32,178 nucleotides of DNA from an uncultured Methanosarcinales archaeon. Lineage in GTDB: Archaea > Nanobdellota > Nanobdellia > Woesearchaeales > UBA12501. Under the pieces are notes generated by a model. It made no database searches and was not told where the DNA came from. It saw nothing but the letters and a program-made list of their open reading frames with translations. How positions within the stretch are numbered: position 1 is the first letter of the stretch; each line of letters starts with the position of its first letter. The stretch lies in the NCBI GenBank assembly GCA_964397315.1, contig CAYNHV010000016.1, positions 1 through 32,178 of the forward strand. Reading direction: 5' to 3'. This document shows, in pieces, positions 1 to 8,170 of the stretch. Position numbers and translations under genes: made by a program.

Positions 1-19
1 AGGGTGTGGGACAGTAAAA

Positions 20-1024
20 CTATTTTCCTACCCAAAATAGATTATGCCATAATGTAGTAAGTCCATAAGCAGTTTCTATTCTATCCTCCCTTTTTTGAGC
101 GAATTTCCATCCAGTTCTTTTTTTATCTTCAGAGAAACCACTTTCTGACTGGTTTCTTTGGAAGTAATCCTCAAGAAAGGTTTCTGTATCATCAGTAAAA
201 CGGTATACCATCCTGCACCATTCTCCAACACCCAATGTGGCAATATTCTTCTTTGGAAGAATAATGGTTTTTACGTTGCCAAGATATTTTCTACACATCT
301 CAACATATGCTTCAGCACTATAATACTTGTCGAGCCTTATTGATTCAACATCAATCCCCATCTCTCCAGCCACCTGTAACCCTCTCTCAAAAGCTTCTTT
401 CTCGCTCTTTAAACTTGTCCCGAACCCAACATACATCCTTTCTTTTATATCCATAAGGGCAAAAGAATACACAAATTTCATTGTCCCAGATGATTTTTTT
501 GCTTTATCTTTCAGTTTCTTCGCACTTGTGGCATAATGTTGGGATACGACGACAGCATGGCCTGTTCCATCCCCGCTACAGTTAGCTTTCCTCAATCCTT
601 TCTTCTTTAACAATAAAGAATGGAGATTGAAAATGGCCAACTGGACAGCTTCATCTGAATAAAGCCTCTCTATCGTTTTATAGCTTACATCTATTTTTGT
701 GAGCCATAAAAAGAGAACAGTCATCCATTCCATCGTTCTGTTGCTTTTTCCACAAAAATGCTTGAGGAGAAGGAGGAGTACTTTCTGCTGGAGTGTGAGT
801 TTTGGTTCATTCCCTCTGTTTTCTGTTTTGACTATTTTTATTGTTGAGACTGCTTCCTCAACCAATGGCTCAAGATCAGTGAAACAAGTTCTTGCTCTAA
901 GAGCAAACTCTTGCTCGTAGGTTCTCCAATCTCGTTTCTTTTTTGGATGTTTTCTCTTGTATTCCTCTATAATCTCATCAAGCTGTGCCACCACTTCTCT
1001 AACTGACTTTGTTCTTTTAGTCAT
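20..1024 (-). CDS. DDE transposase (ISA1214-like)
   Basis: N-terminal RDWRTYE motif, HTH-like VSYKTIERLY segment, and candidate catalytic triad in SGDGTG, RLDKYY and RNQSESGFS. Lies between the TIRs. Confidence 0.9.
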   Translation of the reverse strand: MTKRTKSVREVVAQLDEIIEEYKRKHPKKKRDWRTYEQEFALRARTCFTDLEPLVEEAVSTIKIVKTENRGNEPKLTLQQKVLLLLLKHFCGKSNRTMEWMTVLFLWLTKIDVSYKTIERLYSDEAVQLAIFNLHSLLLKKKGLRKANCSGDGTGHAVVVSQHYATSAKKLKDKAKKSSGTMKFVYSFALMDIKERMYVGFGTSLKSEKEAFERGLQVAGEMGIDVESIRLDKYYSAEAYVEMCRKYLGNVKTIILPKKNIATLGVGEWCRMVYRFTDDTETFLEDYFQRNQSESGFSEDKKRTGWKFAQKREDRIETAYGLTTLWHNLFWVGK

Positions 1025-1078
1025 CTGAGGGAAGAAAAACCGAAAAATATATAAAGTTTGTGTTTATATGTACATACT

Positions 1079-1243
1079 ATGCCTAGAAAAGTTAAAGCCG
1101 TTGCAGGAGGAAAGATAACGATTCAAGACGAAGTAGAAGAAATTTTTGAACGCCGGGTTACTCCTTATGGTAATGGAGCAAAGATTGATGCTCAGAAAAG
1201 GCAAATAGGAAAAAGAGCATATATTATAGTTCTCAAAAAATGA
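1079..1243 (+). CDS. DUF2080-family transposon-associated small protein (AbrB-like)
   Basis: ERRVTPYGNGAKID..KR.IGKRAYIIV matches the DUF2080 pattern. It is divergent from the transposase inside the IS, with ATG at 1079. Confidence 0.8.
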   Translation: MPRKVKAVAGGKITIQDEVEEIFERRVTPYGNGAKIDAQKRQIGKRAYIIVLKK

Positions 1244-1329
1244 TTATAGGTTTTTACTGTCCCACACCCGAGCTGGCAGATGATTTCAGAAACATTTTTA
1301 TATGCTGGTGCAGGGCACTGTAAGCAGGC

Positions 1330-1476
1330 GCGAGGGTAGCAAAGCCTGGAGACTGCATGCAGGAGTATGCTGTCAGGCAATCAAATGCGCAGGACTTAAG
1401 AGGGGCAGCAGGCGCGTGCCTGCCTTGGATATCCTGTCCCTTAGTGGGTTCCGGGGTTCAAATCCCCGCCCTCGCA
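1330..1476 (+). tRNA. tRNA-Leu(UAA) with two introns (D-loop 1350-1380, 31 nt; canonical 37/38 1401-1430, 30 nt)
   Basis: Acceptor stem GCGAGGG/CCCTCGC, anticodon stem CAGGA/TCCTG with TAA at 1397-1399, long variable arm, and T arm CGGGG-TTCAAAT-CCCCG. Removing both introns gives a typical archaeal tRNA-Leu. TTTTATAT box at ~1296-1303. Confidence 0.93.
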
Positions 1477-1490
1477 TTCACTAAAGCAAT

Positions 1491-1506
1491 CAAAAGGTGA
1501 TACAAT
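1491..1506 (+). repeat. 16-bp direct repeat, copy 1 (CAAAAGGTGATACAAT)
   Basis: Identical to 2543-2558. Confidence 0.9.
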
Positions 1507-1535
1507 TTATATAATCTTCAAGTAGAAGATAAGCC

Positions 1536-2384
1536 TTGATAATTATAATGGGTATCTTTATGTGCTTTAAAATATCAAAACCAAAAGGATTATCCGAATG
1601 TTTAAGGAATAATTACGAACTTTTTGCTCTTATTATCCTCATACTTTTGTCTTTAGGATATTTGTGGGGTTCAAACAAGATTGAATCAGAGAAATTATAT
1701 CCTAGAGAATATAATGAATTCTCTCTGAGTTTTAAAAGATCGGATAATTCCAGAGAGTGTCTTGAAGTTTCTCCTATTTCAGTATATTACTTTGAAGATT
1801 CTAGTTACTTAAGGCTTGACACACACCTTGAAAAGAAATGTGAATTTGAGGGCATAAACCTTTTCTTATTCCTGCCCAATGGATCATATAGCAAAGGGAC
1901 TTCAGAGATAGATAATGAGATAAGCCCTAATTGTTTTGATGCTGAGATAAATGATACAATGAATCCTATTAGGATTACAGTCAATGGAACTACAATGAAA
2001 AATGATACTCCTTGTCCTTTTATCTTCAAAGTTGATATGGTTAATAAATTTTATAGTGATTTTGATATACACTCTGGAAGCCATGTACGTTCTTTTGAGT
2101 ATGTATTCAATAATGACATATGGGATGGTTATGTTTGCGAGAATTGCTTATCAGTTATTGTTGGAAGAGAACACATAAAAAGATATATTCCTAGAGGAGA
2201 TAATAATATTGAGTATGAGTTTAATGAATCTGTTACAAGAGATGCATTATTAATATTCAATCCCAAAATGAAAAAATATGTTTTTATACAAAAAATATTA
2301 GATAGTGTGATATTGGGGCTGATTGTTGTCTTATTCTTTGAGATAATAAGTTTTATTGTCAAAAAGCCAGACAAAGCCGGATGA
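1536..2384 (+). CDS. Hypothetical membrane protein (N- and C-terminal TM helices, extracellular middle domain)
   Basis: 282-aa ORF with hydrophobic LFALIILILLSLGYLW and SVILGLIVVLFFEII segments. AT-rich. The true start may be 1548 or 1560. Confidence 0.75.
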   Translation: MIIIMGIFMCFKISKPKGLSECLRNNYELFALIILILLSLGYLWGSNKIESEKLYPREYNEFSLSFKRSDNSRECLEVSPISVYYFEDSSYLRLDTHLEKKCEFEGINLFLFLPNGSYSKGTSEIDNEISPNCFDAEINDTMNPIRITVNGTTMKNDTPCPFIFKVDMVNKFYSDFDIHSGSHVRSFEYVFNNDIWDGYVCENCLSVIVGREHIKRYIPRGDNNIEYEFNESVTRDALLIFNPKMKKYVFIQKILDSVILGLIVVLFFEIISFIVKKPDKAG

Positions 2385-2542
2385 AATTTATCATCGCACA
2401 AGATGCCGGAGAGAGCATCACAAGGATAAAAGTATCTGGTACAAACATAAGAAATACAGAAGATAATGGTCAATATGCTTTTAATTGTTTAGTATGGAAA
2501 AGTCTGCCTCAACAACAGTTACATATCTCTTAATATTAAATC

Positions 2543-2558
2543 CAAAAGGTGATACAAT
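2543..2558 (+). repeat. 16-bp direct repeat, copy 2 (overlaps RBS and ATG of the next gene)
   Basis: Identical to 1491-1506. Contains the GGTGA RBS and the AT of ATG 2557. Confidence 0.9.
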
Positions 2559-2722
2559 GGAAAACACAGAAGAAAATCTGAGCATAGAAGAGCTTGAAGA
2601 GGAGACAGATGACAAGCTTGATGTGCTTTTAGGCTTGCTCATAAAGAAGACATCATAACAGGGATGAGTTTGAGAAGGCTTATGAAGAGCTGTATGAGGA
2701 TAATGATTCAGAAAGTGAGTAA
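2557..2722 (+). pseudogene. Small acidic protein with two apparent 1-bp deletions
   Basis: GGTGA RBS, then MENTEENLSIEELEEETDDKLDVLLGLLIKK. Coding-like IIT and DEFEKAYEELYEDNDSESE* continue in shifted frames around 2650-2665. Confidence 0.6.
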
Positions 2723-2727
2723 TCTTT

Positions 2728-3630
2728 TTATTCCTTATATCTTTCAGGCACAAACACTGTGCCTTCAAGTTTTCCATCAAGCATGTCAAGGACCGCGTTC
2801 TCTTCTCTTCCGTCTATTATGAAATAAGGGATGTTGTGCTCCTGCAGCTTCTCTGCTGCATTGAGTGTTGCCCCCATCCCTCCTCTTCCGTTTTTGGACA
2901 TCTCTGACTTTATTGCCTCGCATTCTCTCATGGAGGCGATGTCATCCACCACTTCAACAAGGCTTCTGTCATCATAGCTTCGCCCACACTGTTTAATGCT
3001 CCTGCCTGAATAATTCATCACCCCTCTCTTTGTTGTAAGCTTTATCACAGCGTCAGCGCCCATTGCAATGCCCACAAGAGCTGAAAGCCTGTCATTGTCT
3101 CCCACTGTTATCTCATACGTTGAGGTGGTGTCATTCTCGTTAATGTCAGGGACAATATTATTATGGAGGAGTATCTCAAGAGTGTTCTTTGTGTTCTCCT
3201 TGTTGGGCGAGCGGCTGAAGTCCTGGTCTGTGACAAGGCACTGTCCCATTATTATGTTTCCCTCGCCTGAAGGCAACTTGTATGATCTTATGGCCCTTGA
3301 GTACTCGCTGCACAGCACAGGCTGGCCTATTGCAGCATATGCCTGCTCCAGGGCTGTTTTCTCCTGCTTCTCATCCATTCCCTGCCTTAAGCTTTCAGGT
3401 ATCTTAAGACTGCTTGTGCCCTGGCCCGTGAGTATGGCTCCTGATGATACAAGCATGACTCCTGCCTGCTTCTCTGCGACAAGATATCCCACCTGGTCGC
3501 ATATGTCCGCCACCTTCTTCTGGGAGAGCCTGCCCTGCCATCCCCTGAGAACATCAGATCCTATTTTGATGACAAAACGCCTCCCATCCCTTATTCTCTT
3601 TGCGTAATCTGCAAATGTCTCCCCTGCCAT
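2728..3630 (-). CDS. proB: Glutamate 5-kinase (no PUA domain)
   Basis: VIKIGS, LVSSGAI, QAYAAIGQ, PDINENDT, GDNDRLSALV and GRGGM motifs. Confidence 0.92.
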   Translation of the reverse strand: MAGETFADYAKRIRDGRRFVIKIGSDVLRGWQGRLSQKKVADICDQVGYLVAEKQAGVMLVSSGAILTGQGTSSLKIPESLRQGMDEKQEKTALEQAYAAIGQPVLCSEYSRAIRSYKLPSGEGNIIMGQCLVTDQDFSRSPNKENTKNTLEILLHNNIVPDINENDTTSTYEITVGDNDRLSALVGIAMGADAVIKLTTKRGVMNYSGRSIKQCGRSYDDRSLVEVVDDIASMRECEAIKSEMSKNGRGGMGATLNAAEKLQEHNIPYFIIDGREENAVLDMLDGKLEGTVFVPERYKE

Positions 3631-3767
3631 GAGGCTTCTCCGACATGATGCTTATATATAAACTTTTTTTCTTGATTGCCCCTGATAATCATTCCGCAAA
3701 TCCGCAAGTGCAGGGTAACGCCCGATAGCACAACCTTTAAAAAAGAATTGTTTTCCTTCTGAGGCAG

Positions 3768-3890
3768 GCCCTTGTAGCTTAGCCGGTAGAGCACACGCTT
3801 GGTATGGCCAGCCCAGCAAAGAGCGTGAGGTCCCGGGTTCAATCATGCAATGTGCGAATGGCACTTGCGTTGGAAGTCCCGGCAAGGGCT
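3768..3890 (+). tRNA. tRNA-Thr(GGU) with two introns (37/38 at 3805-3821, 17 nt; 59/60 at 3844-3876, 33 nt)
   Basis: Acceptor GCCCTTG/CAAGGGC, D arm GCTT/GAGC, anticodon stem CACGC/GCGTG with GGT at 3801-3803, and T stem CCGGG/CCCGG. The T-loop intron forms a strict BHB. TTTAAAAA box at ~3736. Confidence 0.93.
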
Positions 3891-3919
3891 TTTATGTTCA
3901 GCTTGTTATCCATCATAAC

Positions 3920-4495
3920 TCACAACCACCCTCCTTTGAGCCTTCCCTTCACAGGCCCCCCCTCTCCGATGTGGGAGTGGATGTTCAGGAAACCTCTTAT
4001 CTCATTGATGATCTTGAACGTGTCTGAGGAAACTATGCCCCTGTAGGCGGGCCTGTCTATCTTGTAGATGAACTTGTCTATGACTCCCCTTATGAAGTAG
4101 GCGTATGCTTTTGTCTCCCATCTCGCCTTCTCGCTGGTCATCAGGTAAGCGTGGAAAACCGCATCAACAGAACCCCGGTTGAGATTCCTCCTCTTTCCGC
4201 TGTCAAGCTCAACCTCAGCATCTTTCATGTTGCTTATTGAAATCTCCATGTTTATGACAGTGAAATGCTTCTTGTCAAACTTTCTCTGCAGGGTGTATCC
4301 TATGCTTATATCCCTGCCATCTGCAGTGACCTTCTCCTTGTGCGAGTCTATCTCCCTGTAGAAGCCGTTGTCATCGCACCACTTGTCTATGAGCTTCAGG
4401 AGGCCCCTGTAATCAAACACTCCCTCATAGTCAAGGCAGTACCTGTCCACCAGAAGCTCCTTTTCCATGTCCTCAAGTATCTCTCTTTCTGTCAC
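3920..4495 (-). CDS. Conserved hypothetical protein, paralogue 3 of 3
   Basis: YEGVFD..GL.K.I..W motif shared with the two upstream ORFs. Probable GTG start at 4495 after AGGTGA RBS (alternative ATG 4468). The ORF-track extension to 4654 overlaps the upstream gene. Confidence 0.75.
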   Translation of the reverse strand: MTEREILEDMEKELLVDRYCLDYEGVFDYRGLLKLIDKWCDDNGFYREIDSHKEKVTADGRDISIGYTLQRKFDKKHFTVINMEISISNMKDAEVELDSGKRRNLNRGSVDAVFHAYLMTSEKARWETKAYAYFIRGVIDKFIYKIDRPAYRGIVSSDTFKIINEIRGFLNIHSHIGEGGPVKGRLKGGWL

Positions 4496-4499
4496 TCTC

Positions 4500-5051
4500 T
4501 CACCTATAGAATCCTGGAGCCTTTTTTCCGTAGCCCCACAATTGGTATTCCTGGGAGTTGAGGTATGACTGCATTGCTGTGGAGAGCCTTTCCACGTCCT
4601 CAACAACCATCCTCTTGTACTTCTTTGTGTACCTATAAAACGCGTACTTGTCAAACAAGTCCCTTATGAAATAGAATACAGGGTTTGACCACTTGCTTCC
4701 GAAGAACCAGGGATAATCAACAAAAAGATATCCGGTGAACTTTACCTCTATCCTTCCCTGCTGGGCATTGGCTTTCTGGCTGTTGTACTCAACCTCAACA
4801 TCCTTGATGTCTGTTGCCATGACCTCCGTCTTTATCGCCCCCTTGAAATAGTCAGTGAATTTCTTCCAGGGTATGAACTCAAAAGCCATCTGTTTTGTTC
4901 CGTCAGGCCTTACCTTCTGCTCATTCAATTTCTCAAACTTGTCATACCAGTTCTCCCTGAACCAGACATCCATCTCATAAAAGAAGTGCTTGAAAACAAA
5001 CATCCCCTCGTATGCGAAGGATTTTCCGACAATCTTCTGTTTTTCTCCCAT
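4500..5051 (-). CDS. Conserved hypothetical protein, paralogue 2 of 3
   Basis: YEGMF....WFRENWYDKFEK, WKKFTDY, DVEVE..GRIEV, DY..KW..FIRDLFDKY. Confidence 0.85.
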   Translation of the reverse strand: MGEKQKIVGKSFAYEGMFVFKHFFYEMDVWFRENWYDKFEKLNEQKVRPDGTKQMAFEFIPWKKFTDYFKGAIKTEVMATDIKDVEVEYNSQKANAQQGRIEVKFTGYLFVDYPWFFGSKWSNPVFYFIRDLFDKYAFYRYTKKYKRMVVEDVERLSTAMQSYLNSQEYQLWGYGKKAPGFYR

Positions 5052-5068
5052 CCCTCATCACCAGTGTC

Positions 5069-5596
5069 TCACCAGTAATCATCAAATGCCTCGCTCTCTG
5101 ACTCCATCTCAAGGTACCTTTTTGCAAGCTGGTGGAGCTTGTTTGTGTTGTACCACAGCTTGTCCTGCCATAATGACTCTATCTCAACCCTGTAGAGGAA
5201 CCTCTCATAGAAATCCCTCAGCTTTCTCTTGAGGAAAGAGCCCTCCCACCTGCCCTCATAATCTGTCTCCACCTTCGGGAGTATCTCTATGAGCATCCTT
5301 GCCTTGTTGAGCTTTTTCTTCTGGCCGTTCTTTATGACCTCAACCTCTTTGAAATCCCAGATGTGAAAGTAAACATATATCCAGTTCTTGACATACTCTG
5401 TCTCCTCCCTCCAAGCCTCCCAGTTTACCTCAATCTCTGCAAAGCCTCCTGACTGGGTCTTGTGCTTGTACCTCTTCTCAAGAAAGTCGTATTCCCTGTC
5501 CTTGAACCAGTTTCTCATTATCTTATAAAGCCCTTCCCAGTCAAACACCCCCTGGTAGCGGAGCCTGAGGGTTGCAAGAGGCATTAGGTGTGACAT
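5069..5596 (-). CDS. Conserved hypothetical protein, paralogue 1 of 3
   Basis: YQGVFDWEGLYK.M.NWF...YDFLEK, EVEV.K.G.K..LN, DYEGRW..LRDFYERF. TATA-like box ~25 bp upstream. Confidence 0.85.
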   Translation of the reverse strand: MSHLMPLATLRLRYQGVFDWEGLYKIMRNWFKDREYDFLEKRYKHKTQSGGFAEIEVNWEAWREETEYVKNWIYVYFHIWDFKEVEVIKNGQKKKLNKARMLIEILPKVETDYEGRWEGSFLKRKLRDFYERFLYRVEIESLWQDKLWYNTNKLHQLAKRYLEMESESEAFDDYW

Positions 5597-5720
5597 GTGT
5601 ATACTAGAATACTGTTTGGTATATAAATATTTTGCTTTAAAAAGGCTTGAGATGCCCCTCCTGTTAAAGCATACACTGCATTTGAGAGTTCTTCCTGGCT
5701 TTTATTGATTGTTTTCTGGC

Positions 5721-6953
5721 TCATTTTATCTCTGGAGGAGGGTAGAACTTATTGAAGAGGTCTATATAGTCCTGCAGGTGCCTTGTTATGAGGAAATTCT
5801 TCCTCACGTGCTCATGCCCCTGCTCTCCAAGCTTTTTCCTGAGCTTGTCATCCTTCAGGAGCTTGAGGCCCTTTTTGACACCCTCCTGCCTGCTTTTTAT
5901 CAGGTATCCTGTCTTTCCGTCCTTAACCTGCAGGGGTATGCCTCCGGCATGCGTCCCTATCACCGGTGTTTTCTTCCACAATGCTTCTGAAACTGTGAGG
6001 GCAAACCCCTCCCTGAGCGAGTTCTGGAACACGAAACGGGACTCTTTCTGCAGCGCATTCACAAGAAGGTCGTTCTTCTCTGTTATTATGCGCACGTCAG
6101 AAAGGCTCTCGCACTTCTGCTCCACCTTGTGGTATATTTTCGGCCCCTGCGGGTCGTCTGCTGCCATGTCTCCCAGGAGGACAAGCTGGCAGTCTGTCTG
6201 CTTCTTCATCCTCTCGTACATTTTTATGACGCCGAAATGGTCCTTCCATGGGTCAAACCTTGATATCTGGGAGATGATGGGCTTGTCAGTGTCAATGCCT
6301 CTCCTGGACAGCATGCTCCTTGCTTTCTTGTGTGTTATGTTCTTGTTCTTTGTGGACAGAGGGTCAATGCTTGGGTGGATTATGAAGTGCGGCTTTCTTA
6401 ATCCCTTGACCCTGAACTTCTTTGTTGATATTATCATGCCGTCATAGTTTTTTATGAACGGGAGAAGGAAGTCAAGGGTTTCCTTCTGAGGGTGGGAGAT
6501 GTCAATGTGGCACCTCCATATCCAGTGCGTCTTTTTCTCATAATCCTTTATCATGCCAAGGGGCTGGGGGTCGTGGATTATGACAATGTCATGATCCTGT
6601 ATGTGGTTTATTATTGAGTTCCTCTTGCAGTACTCAAGATACAGCTTTTTCCTGTTCCCTGTCATCTTCCACTTTCCTCCCTGAAGGGAGTTGTGGAGCC
6701 CTTTTGTCACCTTGAAGAATGAGTGGCTTCCCAGCAGTATCCTCCATCCTGTGTCAATGCCCACATCATTCATGAGAAACACCAGTGTGTTGAGTATCTC
6801 AGCAACACCTCCTCCGACTGCGGTTGAGCTTATGTTCACGACATGCTTTCCCTGCAGGTGCTCTGAACTCTGCCTGAGCTTGTCAATGACATCTTTTCCC
6901 ACTATCCTCTGGTAATCATGAAGCTTTGGAATCGTGGGTATCTTTGGCCTCAC
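5721..6953 (-). CDS. treT: Trehalose synthase (TreT-like GT4 glycosyltransferase)
   Basis: NISSTAVGGGVAEIL, FFKVTKGLHNSLQG, HDPQP, WRCHID, SRFDPWKD, DDPQG and EGFALTVSEALWK motifs. GAGGTGA RBS. Confidence 0.92.
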   Translation of the reverse strand: MRPKIPTIPKLHDYQRIVGKDVIDKLRQSSEHLQGKHVVNISSTAVGGGVAEILNTLVFLMNDVGIDTGWRILLGSHSFFKVTKGLHNSLQGGKWKMTGNRKKLYLEYCKRNSIINHIQDHDIVIIHDPQPLGMIKDYEKKTHWIWRCHIDISHPQKETLDFLLPFIKNYDGMIISTKKFRVKGLRKPHFIIHPSIDPLSTKNKNITHKKARSMLSRRGIDTDKPIISQISRFDPWKDHFGVIKMYERMKKQTDCQLVLLGDMAADDPQGPKIYHKVEQKCESLSDVRIITEKNDLLVNALQKESRFVFQNSLREGFALTVSEALWKKTPVIGTHAGGIPLQVKDGKTGYLIKSRQEGVKKGLKLLKDDKLRKKLGEQGHEHVRKNFLITRHLQDYIDLFNKFYPPPEIK

Positions 6954-7130
6954 ATTATCACCTCTTTGCCGCTCTCAGCAGGCCTTTGAAAATCTCCTGT
7001 TGCGCTATGCCCTGTTTGCGTGCTGTACTGCGGTTATGCCTGCAATAATCATGTAATGTATTCGCAGGTTTTTTAATATTGCGGTTTCAGCCTTCATATT
7101 GCTGCCTTCTGCAGCAGAAAAGCCCCTGCC

Positions 7131-7982
7131 TCACTTGAGTATTTCGTAAAACACGTCAAACAGCGGCTTGTCTGTGGTGACAGTGTGGAATTCAATGCCC
7201 AGCCTGCTGCAGGTCTTCTCAATCTCCATCATGTGCCTCTGGAGCCTGTTCCTGTATTCCATCCTCATCCTCGGGCTTATGTGAGTCTTGAGCATGTCCT
7301 TTGTCTCTGAGTCATGCAGCCTCAGGTCGCCTGACACTGCAAAATCCTTCTCAACAGGGTCCAGCACCTGTATGAGCTTTATCTCATGCTCCTTTCCAAA
7401 GAAGTACAATGACTTCTTGACCTCCTCAGCATCTATGAGAAAGTCGGATATTATGACAATGAGGGACCTTGAGTTTATCATCCTCTTGTACCTGAACATT
7501 GACTCTGCAAAGCCTGACTTGCCGTCAACCTTCACGCTGTTGAGGCTGTCCACCATGCTGGCGAGCTGGCTCTTGCCCCTCTTGGGCCTGAAAACCCTGA
7601 GGTCTTCCGCAAATGTGGAGACCTGAAATCTTTCATTGCTCTTCATGGCGAGATATGCGAATCCCACGCCCAGCATTGAGGCGTAGTCAAACTTCTTCAC
7701 CTTGTTCCCGAAGTTCATGCTTGCTGAGGAGTCTATTATGATGTGCACAACCAGGTTCCTCTCCTCCTCAAACCTTCTCACGTAAAGATCGTCTGTCCTG
7801 GCGTAAACCCTCCAGTCAATTGACCTTATGTCATCGCCGGGCACGTAAATCCTATGGTCCTTGAAAACCAGGCCCCTTCCTTCTGCTATGGATCTCTTCT
7901 CTCCGGTGTACTTGGATGTCACTCTCTTGTTTACTATAAGGTGGAACTTGTCCAGCTGTTCAAGGAAGTCTGTTGTTATCAT
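7131..7982 (-). CDS. DUF58 family (VWA-like) protein
   Basis: G.G..FKDHR.Y.PGDDIR.IDW.VYAR, DSSASM and IISDF motifs. MoxR operon context. Confidence 0.92.
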   Translation of the reverse strand: MITTDFLEQLDKFHLIVNKRVTSKYTGEKRSIAEGRGLVFKDHRIYVPGDDIRSIDWRVYARTDDLYVRRFEEERNLVVHIIIDSSASMNFGNKVKKFDYASMLGVGFAYLAMKSNERFQVSTFAEDLRVFRPKRGKSQLASMVDSLNSVKVDGKSGFAESMFRYKRMINSRSLIVIISDFLIDAEEVKKSLYFFGKEHEIKLIQVLDPVEKDFAVSGDLRLHDSETKDMLKTHISPRMRMEYRNRLQRHMMEIEKTCSRLGIEFHTVTTDKPLFDVFYEILK

Positions 7983-8013
7983 CGTGATGGTTTTATGCTA
8001 ATTGCTTCATGCA

Positions 8014-8170
8014 ATGCTTGATTACTCCTGGCACTGCCCTGCCTTAGGAGGGCTTGCTTATGATCATAACTCCTGGCGCGTCCTTGGGAATATTGAGTTT
8101 ATGATTGTTATTCCTGGCGCTTCCTTGGGGATAATAAGTTTATGCTTATAAGTCAGGGTGCTTCCCTCCC
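8014..8170 (+). repeat. Degenerate 41-bp tandem repeat (2 clear and 2 partial units)
   Basis: 8058-8098 and 8099-8139 match at 33/41. Weaker units at ~8014-8057 and 8140-8170. Confidence 0.75.

Larger units (their letters stand above)
2..1269. mobile_element. Complete IS element, ISA1214-like (ISNCY), 1268 bp
   Basis: Perfect 18-bp terminal inverted repeats GGGTGTGGGACAGTAAAA (2-19) and TTTTACTGTCCCACACCC (1252-1269) enclose a DDE transposase and a divergent small DUF2080-like ORF. The target-site duplication cannot be seen because the left flank is at the window edge. Confidence 0.9.

Noticed and set aside
1452..1476. tRNA-targeted integrative element (attL/attR)
   Set aside because: No second copy of either tRNA 3' end and no integrase were seen in the window.
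1192..1484. ORFs 1192-1380 and 1302-1484
   Set aside because: They overlap the IS end and tRNA-Leu and have no protein-like composition.
3591..4046. Short ORFs across the proB-paralogue interval
   Set aside because: They are explained by tRNA-Thr and the antisense strands of real genes.
8014..8170. CRISPR or guide-RNA array
   Set aside because: The units are contiguous and diverge by point changes, with no unique spacers and no cas-like gene nearby. No CRISPR array was seen anywhere in the window.
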